From Opitutales bacterium (GTDB taxonomy: Bacteria; Verrucomicrobiota; Verrucomicrobiia; Opitutales; UBA2987), in NCBI GenBank assembly GCA_965226885.1, contig CBDDEL010000014.1, positions 160,001-224,000 of the forward strand: DNA of 64,000 nt, in the 5' to 3' direction. Both the position numbers and the translations under genes were made by a program. The stretch's first letter is position 1, and each line of letters starts with the position of its first letter. Positions 40,461 to 51,098 of the stretch are shown here, piece by piece. The notes beneath the pieces are model-generated. The model did not search any database. It saw nothing but the letters and a program-made list of their open reading frames with translations, and was not told the DNA's origin.

Positions 40461-42689
40461 GTGATTATAGACCAAGCCGAACTTGAATCCCTCATTAAAG
40501 CCGAGCATGGGCATCCCCACAGCCTTCTCGGGATGCATCCTTGCTCCCACAAAGGGAAGAAAAAGCTGGTCGTGCGGGCCTTGATCCGGGACGCCGCCAG
40601 TTGTGAGGTCATCGATTATCAAAGCGTGTCGGAGAAACGCTATGTTTTGCGGAAAATTTCTCCCGAAGGTTTTTTTGAAGGCTTTATTGATGGTCGAAGC
40701 AAAGTTTTCCCCTATCGATTGCGAATCGAACGGTACAATAGTGAAATCCGGCAATTTTACGATCCCTACGGCTTCCTGCCCAGCCTGAGCGAGGAGGACA
40801 CCTACCTCTTCAACGAAGGCAATGAACACCGGATTTATCAAAAACTGGGCGCTCATTTACGGGAGATGGAAGGCGTCAACGGGGTTTCTTTTGCCGTTTG
40901 GGCACCCAATGCCAAGCGCGTTTCGGTGGTGGGAAATTTTAATAATTGGGATGGCCGCTACCATCCCATGCGACCACTGGGCAATAGCGGCATTTGGGAA
41001 ATTTTCATTCCCGGTCTGGTCGAGGGGCAAAAATATAAATTCGAGATTTTGGGGCCCGACGGATACGTTCGCCTAAAAGTCGATCCATTCGGAACATTCT
41101 TCGAGGCGCCGCCGCACAACGCATCCATTATCCACGATGTCGGCAGCGCCGGATGGAGCGATGCCGAGTGGCTGCAAGCGCGGGCCAGCACCGATTGGAC
41201 AAAGAAGCCCATCAGTATTTACGAGATGCATCCCGGTTCCTGGAAAAGGGTGGTGGAGGATGGCAACCGGCCCTTGAGTTACCTGGAACTGGCCGACGAA
41301 CTGGTCGCTTATCTCAAACCAATGGGCTATACCCATGTTGAGTTTCTGCCACTGTCCGAGCACCCATTCGACGGTTCCTGGGGCTATCAGGTGACCGGGT
41401 TTTTCGCTCCGACCCACCGCTTCGGCAACCCGCAAGACTTCATCTCCCTGGTCAATACCCTGCATGAGAATGGCATCGGCGTGATTCTAGATTGGGTGCC
41501 GGGGCACTTCCCGGTGGACCAATTCGCCTTGGCCGAGTTTGATGGCACGCAACTATTTGAACATGCCGACCCGCGTCAGGGCGTTCATCACGAGTGGGGA
41601 ACTCTGGTGTTCAACTATGGACGCCATGAGGTGCGTGGTTTCCTCATCGCCAGCGCTTTGGCCTGGTTCGACCGCTACCACATCGACGGGCTCCGGGTCG
41701 ATGCCGTCGCTTCCATGCTCTATCTCGACTACTCGCGGGAAGAAGGGGAATGGATACCCAATCAATACGGGGGCCGTGAGAATATCGAGGCCATCCGATT
41801 TCTGCGCAAAACCAACGAACTGGCGCATCAGTATTATCCCGGCGTTCTCATGATTGCCGAGGAGTCCACCGCCTGGCCGGGAGTGACCCGGCCGGCCTCC
41901 GAGGAAGGGCTGGGGTTCGATTTGAAGTGGAATATGGGCTGGATGAATGACACCTGCGAATATTTCTCGAAAGATCCCGTTCATCGCAAATGGCACCAGC
42001 ACAACCTGACTTTCGGCATGGTTTATCAGTTCAGTGAAAATTTCGTGCAGGTTTTTTCCCATGACGAAGTGGTGCACGGAAAAGGCTCCATGATGTTGAA
42101 AATGGGGGCTCCCTCGATGACCGGAAAAGCCAATAATTTGCGGGCCCTTTATGCATTGATGTGGGCTTGGCCGGGCAAAAAAACCCTCTTTATGGGAAAT
42201 GATTTCGGGCAGTCCGCCGAATGGCGCTATGACGGCAGCCTGGATTGGCATTTGCTGCAATACAAGGACCATGAAGGGGTGCAATTAATCGTGCGCGACT
42301 TGAACGCCCTTTACCGTTCCTCGCCGGTATTGTATGAAACCGATAACGAGCCCGGCGGTTTTGCCTGGATCTCTCACGAAGACACGGAGAGTTCCGTCAT
42401 TTCATTCCTGCGCCTCAATGATAAGCCGGAAGACACCCTGGCCGTGATCGGCCATTTCACTCCCGTTGAGCGCTCTCTTTACCGCATTGGAGTTCCCTGG
42501 CCAGGGTTTTGGAGAGAAGTCATCAATTCCGACTCGAAAGCTTATGGCGGGTGCGGGGCCGGCAATCTGGGCGGCCTGCATACCGATGACATTCCGTTCC
42601 ATGGCCAACCCTATTCGCTGGAGCTGCTGCTGCCCGGCGACAGCACCCTGATTTTCAAGTTCGAGGGCGAAAAAAATAAAACCGGATAA
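40461..42689 (+). CDS. glgB: 1,4-alpha-glucan branching enzyme
   Basis: VWAPNA, SWGYQ, GLRVDAVASMLY, AEEST, SHDEVVHGK. Confidence 0.96.
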   Translation: MIIDQAELESLIKAEHGHPHSLLGMHPCSHKGKKKLVVRALIRDAASCEVIDYQSVSEKRYVLRKISPEGFFEGFIDGRSKVFPYRLRIERYNSEIRQFYDPYGFLPSLSEEDTYLFNEGNEHRIYQKLGAHLREMEGVNGVSFAVWAPNAKRVSVVGNFNNWDGRYHPMRPLGNSGIWEIFIPGLVEGQKYKFEILGPDGYVRLKVDPFGTFFEAPPHNASIIHDVGSAGWSDAEWLQARASTDWTKKPISIYEMHPGSWKRVVEDGNRPLSYLELADELVAYLKPMGYTHVEFLPLSEHPFDGSWGYQVTGFFAPTHRFGNPQDFISLVNTLHENGIGVILDWVPGHFPVDQFALAEFDGTQLFEHADPRQGVHHEWGTLVFNYGRHEVRGFLIASALAWFDRYHIDGLRVDAVASMLYLDYSREEGEWIPNQYGGRENIEAIRFLRKTNELAHQYYPGVLMIAEESTAWPGVTRPASEEGLGFDLKWNMGWMNDTCEYFSKDPVHRKWHQHNLTFGMVYQFSENFVQVFSHDEVVHGKGSMMLKMGAPSMTGKANNLRALYALMWAWPGKKTLFMGNDFGQSAEWRYDGSLDWHLLQYKDHEGVQLIVRDLNALYRSSPVLYETDNEPGGFAWISHEDTESSVISFLRLNDKPEDTLAVIGHFTPVERSLYRIGVPWPGFWREVINSDSKAYGGCGAGNLGGLHTDDIPFHGQPYSLELLLPGDSTLIFKFEGEKNKTG

Positions 42690-42714
42690 AGAAGCTTAAC
42701 CAGTCCACAAAGTC

Positions 42715-44250
42715 ATGACCCAGGAAATTGGAAAGGGCAAATCCCTCCTTATTTTTATTGTGGCTTATAATGCCGAAAGCACTCTCTTGAGCACGTTGCG
42801 GCGCATTCCTGAAAGTCTGCATAAAAAATGCCGTTGCCGCATTCTCATTATCGACGATTCCTCCGTCGATGAAACTTTTACCCTCGGCCTCGATTTCAAA
42901 AAACAAAATCCCGGCCTGGATATGGAAGTCCTTTTCAACCCCGTCAACCAGGGCTATGGGGGCAATCAAAAATTAGGCTACAAATATGCCATCGACCACG
43001 GGTTTGACGCGGTGGCCTTGCTCCATGGCGACGGCCAGTATGCGCCGGAAATGCTGGAAGAGCTGGCCAGGCCGGTACTTGAGGGGCGATGCGACGCCGT
43101 TTTCGGCAGCCGCATGTCGAAGCCGCGGCAGGCTTTAAAAGGCGGTATGCCCCTCTACAAATATGTGGGCAACCGCATTTTGACGATCCTCCAGAACAAG
43201 CTTTTGAGGGCCAGCCTGAGTGAGTTTCATTCCGGCTACCGCATTTATTCGGTGAGGGCTTTGGCCGGGATACCTTTTCAAAACAATACCAACGACTTCC
43301 ATTTCGATACCGAAATCATCATCCAGTTTTTGATGAAAAAATATGTCATCAAGGAAATTCCCATTCCCACTTATTATGGTGATGAAATATGCTACGTGAA
43401 CGGTTTCAAGTATGCCCGCGATGTCGTATGGACGACCATTGCCAGCCGATTGCACGGCATGGGTATTCGCTACCGCAGAGTCTTTGATGTGCAAGGTCCA
43501 CAGGACGACTACGATCTTAAACTGGGTTATGCCTCTTCCCACACGGTCGTTCTCGATACGGTTCCAAACGGTTCAAGGATTCTAGATCTAGGCTGCGGCC
43601 AGGGATTGCTGGCTAGGGAATTGAAAAAAAAAGGATGCCACGTGCATGGCGTCGATTTGCACGAACTGGTAGATCCTTCCAATGTCGATGAATTCACCCG
43701 CGGCGATCTTAATTTCGAAAGCCTCGCTCTTCCCGTCGAGGAGGAAGATTTTGTTTTGCTACTCGATATAATCGAACATCTGTCCAGCCCGGAAGATTTT
43801 CTGGAACGGCTGCGCGCGGCCATTCCCCATAAGGCGGCGAAAACCAGTATCCTCATAACAGTTCCCAATGTAGCCTTTTGCATTATCCGTTTTCAACTCC
43901 TGTTCGGTAAATTTCAATACGGTAAATCGGGTATCCTGGACCTTACCCACCGGCGGCTCTTTACGAAAAGTTCCCTCCGCATCCTGCTGCGGCAAAACGG
44001 TTATGAGATTGAAGAACTTAGAGGCATTCCGGCCCCTTTTCCCAAAGCCCTGGGGGATCATTTTTTCAGCCGGACCTTGCTCGCCCTGAACCGCTTCCTG
44101 ATCAAGCTTAGCCTGGGGATGTTTTCCTATCAAATTTTTGTTCGGGTGAAAGCCTTGCCCACGGTTGACGATTTGCTGGAGGCGACCAGGAAATCCTCGC
44201 AACAGCGGGCCTCGAGGCACTTTGAAAAGGAAAATGAAGCGGTTTCCTAA
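42715..44250 (+). CDS. GT2 (DPM-synthase-like) glycosyltransferase fused to a SAM methyltransferase
   Basis: IDDSS, NQGYGGNQK, HGDGQY. C-terminal LDLGCGQG, LDIIEHL. Confidence 0.88.
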   Translation: MTQEIGKGKSLLIFIVAYNAESTLLSTLRRIPESLHKKCRCRILIIDDSSVDETFTLGLDFKKQNPGLDMEVLFNPVNQGYGGNQKLGYKYAIDHGFDAVALLHGDGQYAPEMLEELARPVLEGRCDAVFGSRMSKPRQALKGGMPLYKYVGNRILTILQNKLLRASLSEFHSGYRIYSVRALAGIPFQNNTNDFHFDTEIIIQFLMKKYVIKEIPIPTYYGDEICYVNGFKYARDVVWTTIASRLHGMGIRYRRVFDVQGPQDDYDLKLGYASSHTVVLDTVPNGSRILDLGCGQGLLARELKKKGCHVHGVDLHELVDPSNVDEFTRGDLNFESLALPVEEEDFVLLLDIIEHLSSPEDFLERLRAAIPHKAAKTSILITVPNVAFCIIRFQLLFGKFQYGKSGILDLTHRRLFTKSSLRILLRQNGYEIEELRGIPAPFPKALGDHFFSRTLLALNRFLIKLSLGMFSYQIFVRVKALPTVDDLLEATRKSSQQRASRHFEKENEAVS

Positions 44251-46384
44251 AGGTCTGCTGAATTGGCGAAAAGGGGATTCCGCCGGTTTTCGGATTTCAT
44301 CGGATCGGCTTTTGGGTTTGGCTTGCGGAACGCTGGTTTTTGTTTGGCCCTTTATTTTTTTTCGCGCCTTCCTCTCTTCCTACAGTCCGATCGCCATCGA
44401 CAATGATTTTTATGTGCTTTATTACGGTCATAAGGCCTACTTTCTGGAGATGATGGCTCAGGGCCATTTCCCTCTTTGGTCTCCGGGGGAGGGGGCCGGC
44501 TTTCCCTTTTTCTCAAATCCGTTCAACCAGGTTTTTTACCCTTTAAACGTTCCCCTCGTTTATTTTTACAAAATCTTTGACCAGTATTCGGTCTTTGAGC
44601 ACCAGATTTATTCCGTTTTTGGAGCCGCACTCTTTGGTTTGGGGCTTTATTTCTGGCTGGGGCAAATCCTGCCGTGCCGCCGGGGGGCATTGTTCGCGGC
44701 CCTCGTTTTCTCGATCAGTTTCAAAATCGGCGATCTGATGCGGCTGCCCAACGCGATCCATGCGGCGGCCTGGATACCCTGGATTTTATATGGAATCGCC
44801 CGCGCCCGGGAAACTAATAAAAGCCGTGAATGCGCGCTTATTCTCTTTGCCGCCTGTATCATGCTGCTTACCGCCGGTTACCCCTACTACTGTTATTACT
44901 GCCTGTTCCTGATCCCCCCTTATGTTGTTTTGCTGCTTTTTGAGAAAACCCGCCGGGCCCTCCATTTCCAATCTGGGCCGCCGCCGGTATCCAATTTGCG
45001 GTTTATGGCAGCTTGTGCCATCCCGGCCCTTACAGCCCTATTGATAACGATTCCTTATTACCGGAAAATGTTTCAGCTTTTTGAGAGAACGGCCGGGCGC
45101 GGTGGGAAAAGCTATGAATTTTCCACCTCTTTTATTTTCGATATCATCGATTCCATCGGGTCGTTGATTTTTCCACCCTCCGCCCAGGCCGACGGATGGT
45201 TTTATTTCGGTTTTACGGGATTGTTTTTAATCACTTTATACACCGTAATCGTTTTCCGGAATCGAGAAAGGATGCGCCGCGATTGGCTCTTTGTGGGAAT
45301 CGGGGTTTGCTGGTTTTTGGTTATTTCGATGATTACCTATGGAAAACAATCCTACCTGTTTGACTTTCTCTACCGATGGCTACCCGGTTTTGACAGTTTG
45401 AGGGTTTGGAGCCGTTTAAACATCATCCTGGTTCCCCTTCTGGCTCTGGCAGTGGCAAGAGCCTATCTGCATTTTGAATCTCTGGTTTCCCAAAGTATGG
45501 AAAAAACTAGCGACAGGAGTCGGTTGGGTCCACTCTGCGTTCTCTCAGCGGCGGCCATTGTCTTTGGTTTTTTGCAGTTGCTGCTTTTGAACTTTAAAAT
45601 TTTCGACTCCTACTGGGTCGATATGTTCTACTACCTGCATGGGGCTGAGTGGCGATTTCCGGTATTGAACCTGATTGCCGTTTTGCTGCTGGCGGGAATC
45701 CTGTTGATAGCCCTTAAAAAGCCCTTTGCTTCCCAATTTTCGAAATATGCGCTCGTTTTAATACTGACGGTGGCGGCTTTTGCCGAACTTTCCCTGGCCG
45801 GAGGGGCCAAACAGTGGATTTACGCTAATGTTTACGGTTCCAAAAAAATAACTCCCCGTTTTGTCAGATACATCCCCGCCGCATTTTTCATTCCCAGGGT
45901 CCGGAGTTATTATACCTTCAAGTTTCCGCATTTCAATGTCGGCGTGATCGACCAATGGTATTTTCAGGATTACCTGGAGTTTTACGGCAGAACATTTGAT
46001 GATTGGGGGGAGGTCAAAGTTGCCCATAAAGTGCCCTATTTCAATGAGTTAATGGGCATTGCCAGGCCCAAGCTTCTCTTTGTCTCCGAACGTATCGACC
46101 ATCCCACCATGGAGGATTTCCTGGCCGATTCCGAAAGGGCCGAAGCGGCTCAAGGTTTCAACCTCGAACTGCTCCACTACGACGGCGACCTGCTCACGTT
46201 CAACCTCATCGTTGGGCAATCCGCCTATGTCAGCTTTATCGACAATTGGGATCCCGACTGGAAGGCCTATGTCAATGGCCGGGAAGTTCCCATCCACAAA
46301 TTGTTCGGCACATTTAAAGCGGTCGCCCTGGAACCGGGTTTGAATGAGGTGCGATTTGCCTACCAGCCATTCTCATTTTTATAA
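44234..46384 (+). CDS. YfhO-like polytopic membrane protein (GT-C-like)
   Basis: FPLWSP...GFPF...FYPL N-terminus, many TMs, C-terminal WDPDWKAYVNG. Confidence 0.75.
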   Translation: MKRFPKGLLNWRKGDSAGFRISSDRLLGLACGTLVFVWPFIFFRAFLSSYSPIAIDNDFYVLYYGHKAYFLEMMAQGHFPLWSPGEGAGFPFFSNPFNQVFYPLNVPLVYFYKIFDQYSVFEHQIYSVFGAALFGLGLYFWLGQILPCRRGALFAALVFSISFKIGDLMRLPNAIHAAAWIPWILYGIARARETNKSRECALILFAACIMLLTAGYPYYCYYCLFLIPPYVVLLLFEKTRRALHFQSGPPPVSNLRFMAACAIPALTALLITIPYYRKMFQLFERTAGRGGKSYEFSTSFIFDIIDSIGSLIFPPSAQADGWFYFGFTGLFLITLYTVIVFRNRERMRRDWLFVGIGVCWFLVISMITYGKQSYLFDFLYRWLPGFDSLRVWSRLNIILVPLLALAVARAYLHFESLVSQSMEKTSDRSRLGPLCVLSAAAIVFGFLQLLLLNFKIFDSYWVDMFYYLHGAEWRFPVLNLIAVLLLAGILLIALKKPFASQFSKYALVLILTVAAFAELSLAGGAKQWIYANVYGSKKITPRFVRYIPAAFFIPRVRSYYTFKFPHFNVGVIDQWYFQDYLEFYGRTFDDWGEVKVAHKVPYFNELMGIARPKLLFVSERIDHPTMEDFLADSERAEAAQGFNLELLHYDGDLLTFNLIVGQSAYVSFIDNWDPDWKAYVNGREVPIHKLFGTFKAVALEPGLNEVRFAYQPFSFL

Positions 46385-46456
46385 ACTGCTCAATTCAAAC
46401 ATTGACCATAGTTTATCATTGGTATTTATTGCCCTCTTTTTTCATTTGTAGAAGCG

Positions 46457-46496
46457 CAACAGCAGGCATCCAAGGTCAACAGCAGGCATCCAAGGT
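46457..46496. repeat. 20-bp tandem duplication at the tig start
   Basis: CAACAGCAGGCATCCAAGGT x2. Confidence 0.95.
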
Positions 46497-47811
46497 GAAT
46501 GTTACTATCCAAGAGGTCAGTGAGACCCGCAAAAAATTAATCGTATCCATATCCGGGGAGGAAATTCTGGAGGAGGAAAAATCTCTCCTTAAGGAATTCA
46601 TCCAGCAAGTCCGGATTCCCGGTTTTCGTCCCGGCAAGGCGCCCCCGCAGCTTGTCCGTTCGCGCTACGCCAAGGAATTTGCCGGCGAGCTGAATCGAAA
46701 GCTATCCGCCAGCGCTTACGAAAAGGCCGCCAAGGAGGCCGATATGGATATTGCCGGCGTAATTGAAATGGATGAGGGGGAGTTTGATTCCAGCCGGGAG
46801 GGCCAGATCACTTTTACCGTCGATGTAAATCCACACTTCAATCTTCCTGAGTACAAGGGAATCAAGACCGAAGTGGTGTCCGAGGAAGTTTCCGACGAAG
46901 AAATCGAAACCGCCATTGAGGAAATGCACAAACAACGTTCCAGCTTTGATGTGGTCGATCGAGCCGCGGCCCAGGGAGATTTCGTCAAGGTAAGTTATGA
47001 GGGCGAGATCGAGGGTCGGCCCATTGCCGAAATCGCGCCGGACAAGCCGATTTGGGGAAAACAGGAAAATACCTGGGAGGAGGCCGGGACTAAAAAAGAA
47101 GAATTAGGGGTTCCGGCGGTTGTGGAAGGCATCGTGGGAATGAATGTGGGGGAGAAAAAAGAGGCGGAAATGGAATTTCCGGAAGATTTCCAGGTTCCGG
47201 AATTGGCCGGTAAAAAAGCCAATTACAAGTTTGAAGTCCATGAGGTGCGGACCCGTGTCTTGCCCGAACTGGATAAAAAATTTCTCGAAAGCATGAAACT
47301 TGAAAGCGTTGAGCAGCTAAAGGACCAGGTATTTGAGGATTTGGAGAACCGGAAAAAATACCAGAACCGGCAGGATAAGCGTCAACAAATTATCGAGGAA
47401 CTCAATTCACGGGTAGAATTTTCATTGCCGGAGAGCACTTTGGAAAACGAGACCAACATCGCCATGAGGGAGATCATGATGCAAAATATGGATCGCGGAG
47501 TGCCCGAAAGCGAATTTGAAAAGCATAAAGAGGAAATCTATGAAAACGCCCGCCGTGCCGCCGCCCGGCGTGTGAAAACAGGCATTCTAATCTCAAGAAT
47601 CGCGGCGGAGGAGAAAATTTCCGTTGAGCAGAAGGATATGCAAGCAGCCATATTTTCTCAGGCCATGGCCACACGCACAAAGCCGGATGATTTCGTCAAG
47701 GAAATCCAAAAAGATCCCGCCCGCTTGCAGGCTTTGCAAAAATCGGCTTTAAACGATAAAGTCCTCGAGTGGTTGGTCCAAGAGTCCGTGGAGGAGATAA
47801 AATCCGATTAA
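46495..47811 (+). CDS. tig: Trigger factor
   Basis: IPGFRPGKAP signature and FKBP domain. Lies upstream of clpP-clpX. Confidence 0.93.
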   Translation: MNVTIQEVSETRKKLIVSISGEEILEEEKSLLKEFIQQVRIPGFRPGKAPPQLVRSRYAKEFAGELNRKLSASAYEKAAKEADMDIAGVIEMDEGEFDSSREGQITFTVDVNPHFNLPEYKGIKTEVVSEEVSDEEIETAIEEMHKQRSSFDVVDRAAAQGDFVKVSYEGEIEGRPIAEIAPDKPIWGKQENTWEEAGTKKEELGVPAVVEGIVGMNVGEKKEAEMEFPEDFQVPELAGKKANYKFEVHEVRTRVLPELDKKFLESMKLESVEQLKDQVFEDLENRKKYQNRQDKRQQIIEELNSRVEFSLPESTLENETNIAMREIMMQNMDRGVPESEFEKHKEEIYENARRAAARRVKTGILISRIAAEEKISVEQKDMQAAIFSQAMATRTKPDDFVKEIQKDPARLQALQKSALNDKVLEWLVQESVEEIKSD

Positions 47812-47900
47812 GGTTTCCCCATTTGCAACGTCATATGATTATATTCAAAGAGTATTATAGTCCCGCAGCTGGTTTCAACCATCCGTTAAATTCCCTTGCT

Positions 47901-47980
47901 TCGATGGTGGGGATGAACTAATTAAAGACTAAAAACCCAATCGATGGTGGGGATGAACTAATTAAAGACTAAAAAACCAA
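47901..47980. repeat. 40-bp tandem duplication upstream of clpP (1 mismatch)
   Basis: TCGATGGTGGGGATGAACTAATTAAAGACTAAAAA(C/A)CCAA x2. Confidence 0.95.
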
Positions 47981-48000
47981 TCTAATAAGGAGAAAAACTA

Positions 48001-48621
48001 TTGAGCTATTATCTTCCCATACCAAGCGTCGTTGAAAACGACGGCCGCACGGAGAGAGAGTGGAATATTTACAGCCGGCTGTTGAAGGACCGGATCATTT
48101 TTGTCGGGACTGCCATCGACGATTATGTGGCCAATGGCGTAATCGCCCAGCTACTTTTTCTGGAGATGGAGGACCCGAAAAAAGACATCAATATTTACAT
48201 CAATTCCCCCGGAGGCAGCGTGACCGACGGCATGGCGGTTTACGACACGATGAATTTCCTTTCCTGCGATGTGGCCACAACCTGTATCGGGCAAGCGGCC
48301 AGCATGAGCACCGTTTTGCTGGCTGCGGGCACTCCGGGCAAGCGCAGCGTTCTGCCGCACAGCAGGGTCATGATTCACCAGCCCACCGGGGGCGCCACCG
48401 GGCAAGCCTCGGACATTTCTATCGCGGCCAGGGAAATCCTGCGCTGGAAACGCATTATAAATGAAATTCTGGCCGAACACACGGGCCGGGATATTGCGCT
48501 GATCGAAAGCGATTCCGACCGCGATTACTACATGACTGCCACTGAGGCCAAGGATTACGGCATCGTTGACCATGTCATTGAATTTAAAAAAGACCGTTTG
48601 AAGAAGAAAAAGAGCGCCTGA
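48001..48621 (+). CDS. clpP: Clp protease proteolytic subunit
   Basis: [29 protein letters not shown]. Confidence 0.96.
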   Translation: MSYYLPIPSVVENDGRTEREWNIYSRLLKDRIIFVGTAIDDYVANGVIAQLLFLEMEDPKKDINIYINSPGGSVTDGMAVYDTMNFLSCDVATTCIGQAASMSTVLLAAGTPGKRSVLPHSRVMIHQPTGGATGQASDISIAAREILRWKRIINEILAEHTGRDIALIESDSDRDYYMTATEAKDYGIVDHVIEFKKDRLKKKKSA

Positions 48622-48633
48622 TTCGATCAATTT

Positions 48634-49935
48634 ATGGCCCGTTCCACGAAAATAACCTTCTGTTCCTTCTGCGGAAAATCGCAGAATGAAGTCCGCAAAA
48701 TGATTGCCGGACCGTCCGGGGTTTATATTTGCGATTCCTGCGTCTCTGTCTGCAAAACCATCATTGACCGAGAGCTTCGCTCCCCTGAGGGAAGTGCCGA
48801 AACCGCCTTCAAACTCGTCAAACCCTCCGAGATCAAGAAATCCTTGGACGATTATATCATCGGACAGGATCAGGCCAAGAAGGTGCTCGCGGTGGCCGTT
48901 TACAATCATTACAAACGGCTCATGGCGGAGAAACCGGTCGCCGGCATCTCACTCGGCGGCAGCAGGCATGAGTTCGATGGAGTCGAGATCGAAAAGAGCA
49001 ACATACTGCTGGTGGGGCCGACCGGCAGCGGCAAAACCCTTTTGGCCAGAACCCTGGCCAACCTGCTTGAGGTGCCTTTTGCCATTACCGACGCCACCAC
49101 CCTGACCGAGGCCGGTTATGTCGGCGAGGATGTCGAAAATATCGTTTTGCGGCTTTTGCAGTCCGCCAATTACGATGTCAAAAAAGCCGAATGCGGCATC
49201 ATTTATGTTGACGAGATCGACAAGATCGGGCGCAAGACGGATAATGTTTCCATCACCCGCGATGTTTCTGGAGAAGGGGTCCAGCAGGCGCTGCTCAAAA
49301 TACTCGAGGGAACCGTTTGCAATGTTCCCCCGCAGGGAGGGCGCAAGCACCCCAATCAAGAATACATCCAGGTCGATACCAGCAATATCCTCTTTATTTG
49401 CGGCGGCGCCTTTGTCGGTCTGAAAAACCTTATTCGTCAACGAGTGGGGGTTAGGATTCTCGGCTACAACTCGGCTCGGGAGGAATTACATCAGGAAAAA
49501 GATGACAGCGAATTGATGAAACGGATCGCTCCGGCAGACCTCATGAAATACGGCATGATTCCGGAATTTGTGGGCCGCCTGCCGGTTATTTCGATTCTCC
49601 ATGAATTGCGCATTGGAGAACTCGAGAAAATTCTCCTCAACACACGTAATGCCCTTATCAAGCAATACGGGAAATTGTTCGCCATGGAAGGGGTGCGCCT
49701 CAATTTCACCAAGGATGCGATTCGCGCAGTGGCCGAAGAGGCCATCTCCCTGAAGACTGGCGCTCGCGCCCTGCGCTCAATACTGGAAAGGCTCATGCTC
49801 GACATTATGTATGAAATTCCCAATCTAGATGAGATTGAGGAGGTAGCCATTACGAGGGCCGTGGTAGAGGGCAAACGTCAGCCCAGGCTGCGCAAAATGG
49901 TGAAGGTTAAAAAAGCGGGCAAAGACGCCGCCTGA
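48634..49935 (+). CDS. clpX: Clp protease ATP-binding subunit
   Basis: CSFC zinc finger, [20 protein letters not shown] loop. Confidence 0.97.
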   Translation: MARSTKITFCSFCGKSQNEVRKMIAGPSGVYICDSCVSVCKTIIDRELRSPEGSAETAFKLVKPSEIKKSLDDYIIGQDQAKKVLAVAVYNHYKRLMAEKPVAGISLGGSRHEFDGVEIEKSNILLVGPTGSGKTLLARTLANLLEVPFAITDATTLTEAGYVGEDVENIVLRLLQSANYDVKKAECGIIYVDEIDKIGRKTDNVSITRDVSGEGVQQALLKILEGTVCNVPPQGGRKHPNQEYIQVDTSNILFICGGAFVGLKNLIRQRVGVRILGYNSAREELHQEKDDSELMKRIAPADLMKYGMIPEFVGRLPVISILHELRIGELEKILLNTRNALIKQYGKLFAMEGVRLNFTKDAIRAVAEEAISLKTGARALRSILERLMLDIMYEIPNLDEIEEVAITRAVVEGKRQPRLRKMVKVKKAGKDAA

Positions 49936-49971
49936 GCTTGAATAAGAAAACTTTTCCGGCCCGCTGTATGA

Positions 49972-51066
49972 TTACCAGCGACCGTGGCTGCCCTTTTTGA
50001 GCGATCGGGCGAAGGCCACGATGAGCCGGATGCAGTTTTCGATATCTTCCAGGTCCACCAGTTCGCTGGGGGTGTGCATATAGCGCAGCGGGATGGACAA
50101 AACGGCCGTGGCCACGCCGGCCCGCCCGATCTGGATGGACCTGCCGTCGGTTCCGGTGGGCCGTGGGTCCGCCTCCATCTGAAAAGGTATGCCCTCCTTT
50201 TCCGCGGAATTTATTAACATTTTTAAAATGACAGGGTTGATGTTGGCCCCACGGGTCAAAATAGGGCCGCCCCCCAGCTTGGTTTCTCCATATTTGCGGT
50301 TGTCGCAGTCGGGATGGTCGGTGGCATGGCTGACATCCACGGCGATGCCAAATTGCGGATTGACCGAATAGGCCGCGGGAATGGCTCCGCGTGTGCCGAT
50401 CTCCTCCTGGGCGGTCGAAACGGCTACCACTTTGGCGTGGAGCCGTTTTAGTTTGGCCAATCTTAGAAGGGCTTCGTTGACTACGTAGGCGCCCGCCTTG
50501 TTGTCGAAGGCCCGGGCCACTCCGACGCTTCCGCGCAAAAGCTCGAAACTCTGGTCGTAAATGGCGGGATCGCCGATTTGCACGATTTTGAGGGCCTCCT
50601 TTTTGTCTTTGGCCCCGATATCGATCCACATCTGGTGCAGTTCCGGCACCTTTTTGCGATCTTCGGGAGTCATCAGGTGAACGGCTTTCTTGCCTGTGAC
50701 CCCTTTGACAATTCCCTTTTTTGTCAGGATAGCCACCCTCCGGCCGGAAATCATAATCTTGTCGTGCCCGCCGATGGTATCGAAATAGAGGAACCCATTT
50801 TTATCGACGTAACGAATTTGCAAACCCAGTTCATCCATGTGGCCGGCCAGCATAAGGACCGGGTTGCCCTTGGGGTTGATCGTGGCGATGCGGTTGCCCA
50901 TGGTATCTTTTTCATAAACATCGGCAACGGGTTTGATGACCCGATCGACGACCGCCTGGGCTTCCCCCTCATAACCGGAAGGAGAACGAGCATTGAGCAG
51001 GTCGATTAAAAATTTTGGTGGCGCCAGGATTTTCTTTTTCGGCATGGGATTTAAGCAGTCATACAA
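49972..51066 (-). CDS. M42 family metallopeptidase
   Basis: GHMDE, FDNK, QEEIG, GTDG, RYMHTP. Confidence 0.9.
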   Translation of the reverse strand: MYDCLNPMPKKKILAPPKFLIDLLNARSPSGYEGEAQAVVDRVIKPVADVYEKDTMGNRIATINPKGNPVLMLAGHMDELGLQIRYVDKNGFLYFDTIGGHDKIMISGRRVAILTKKGIVKGVTGKKAVHLMTPEDRKKVPELHQMWIDIGAKDKKEALKIVQIGDPAIYDQSFELLRGSVGVARAFDNKAGAYVVNEALLRLAKLKRLHAKVVAVSTAQEEIGTRGAIPAAYSVNPQFGIAVDVSHATDHPDCDNRKYGETKLGGGPILTRGANINPVILKMLINSAEKEGIPFQMEADPRPTGTDGRSIQIGRAGVATAVLSIPLRYMHTPSELVDLEDIENCIRLIVAFARSLKKGSHGRW

Positions 51067-51098
51067 TTAATTTCGGGAAAGGGTTAAAGGGTTATATA

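Noticed and set aside
47901..47980. CRISPR-like repeats
   Set aside because: Only two adjacent copies with no spacer and no cas genes; a simple tandem duplication.
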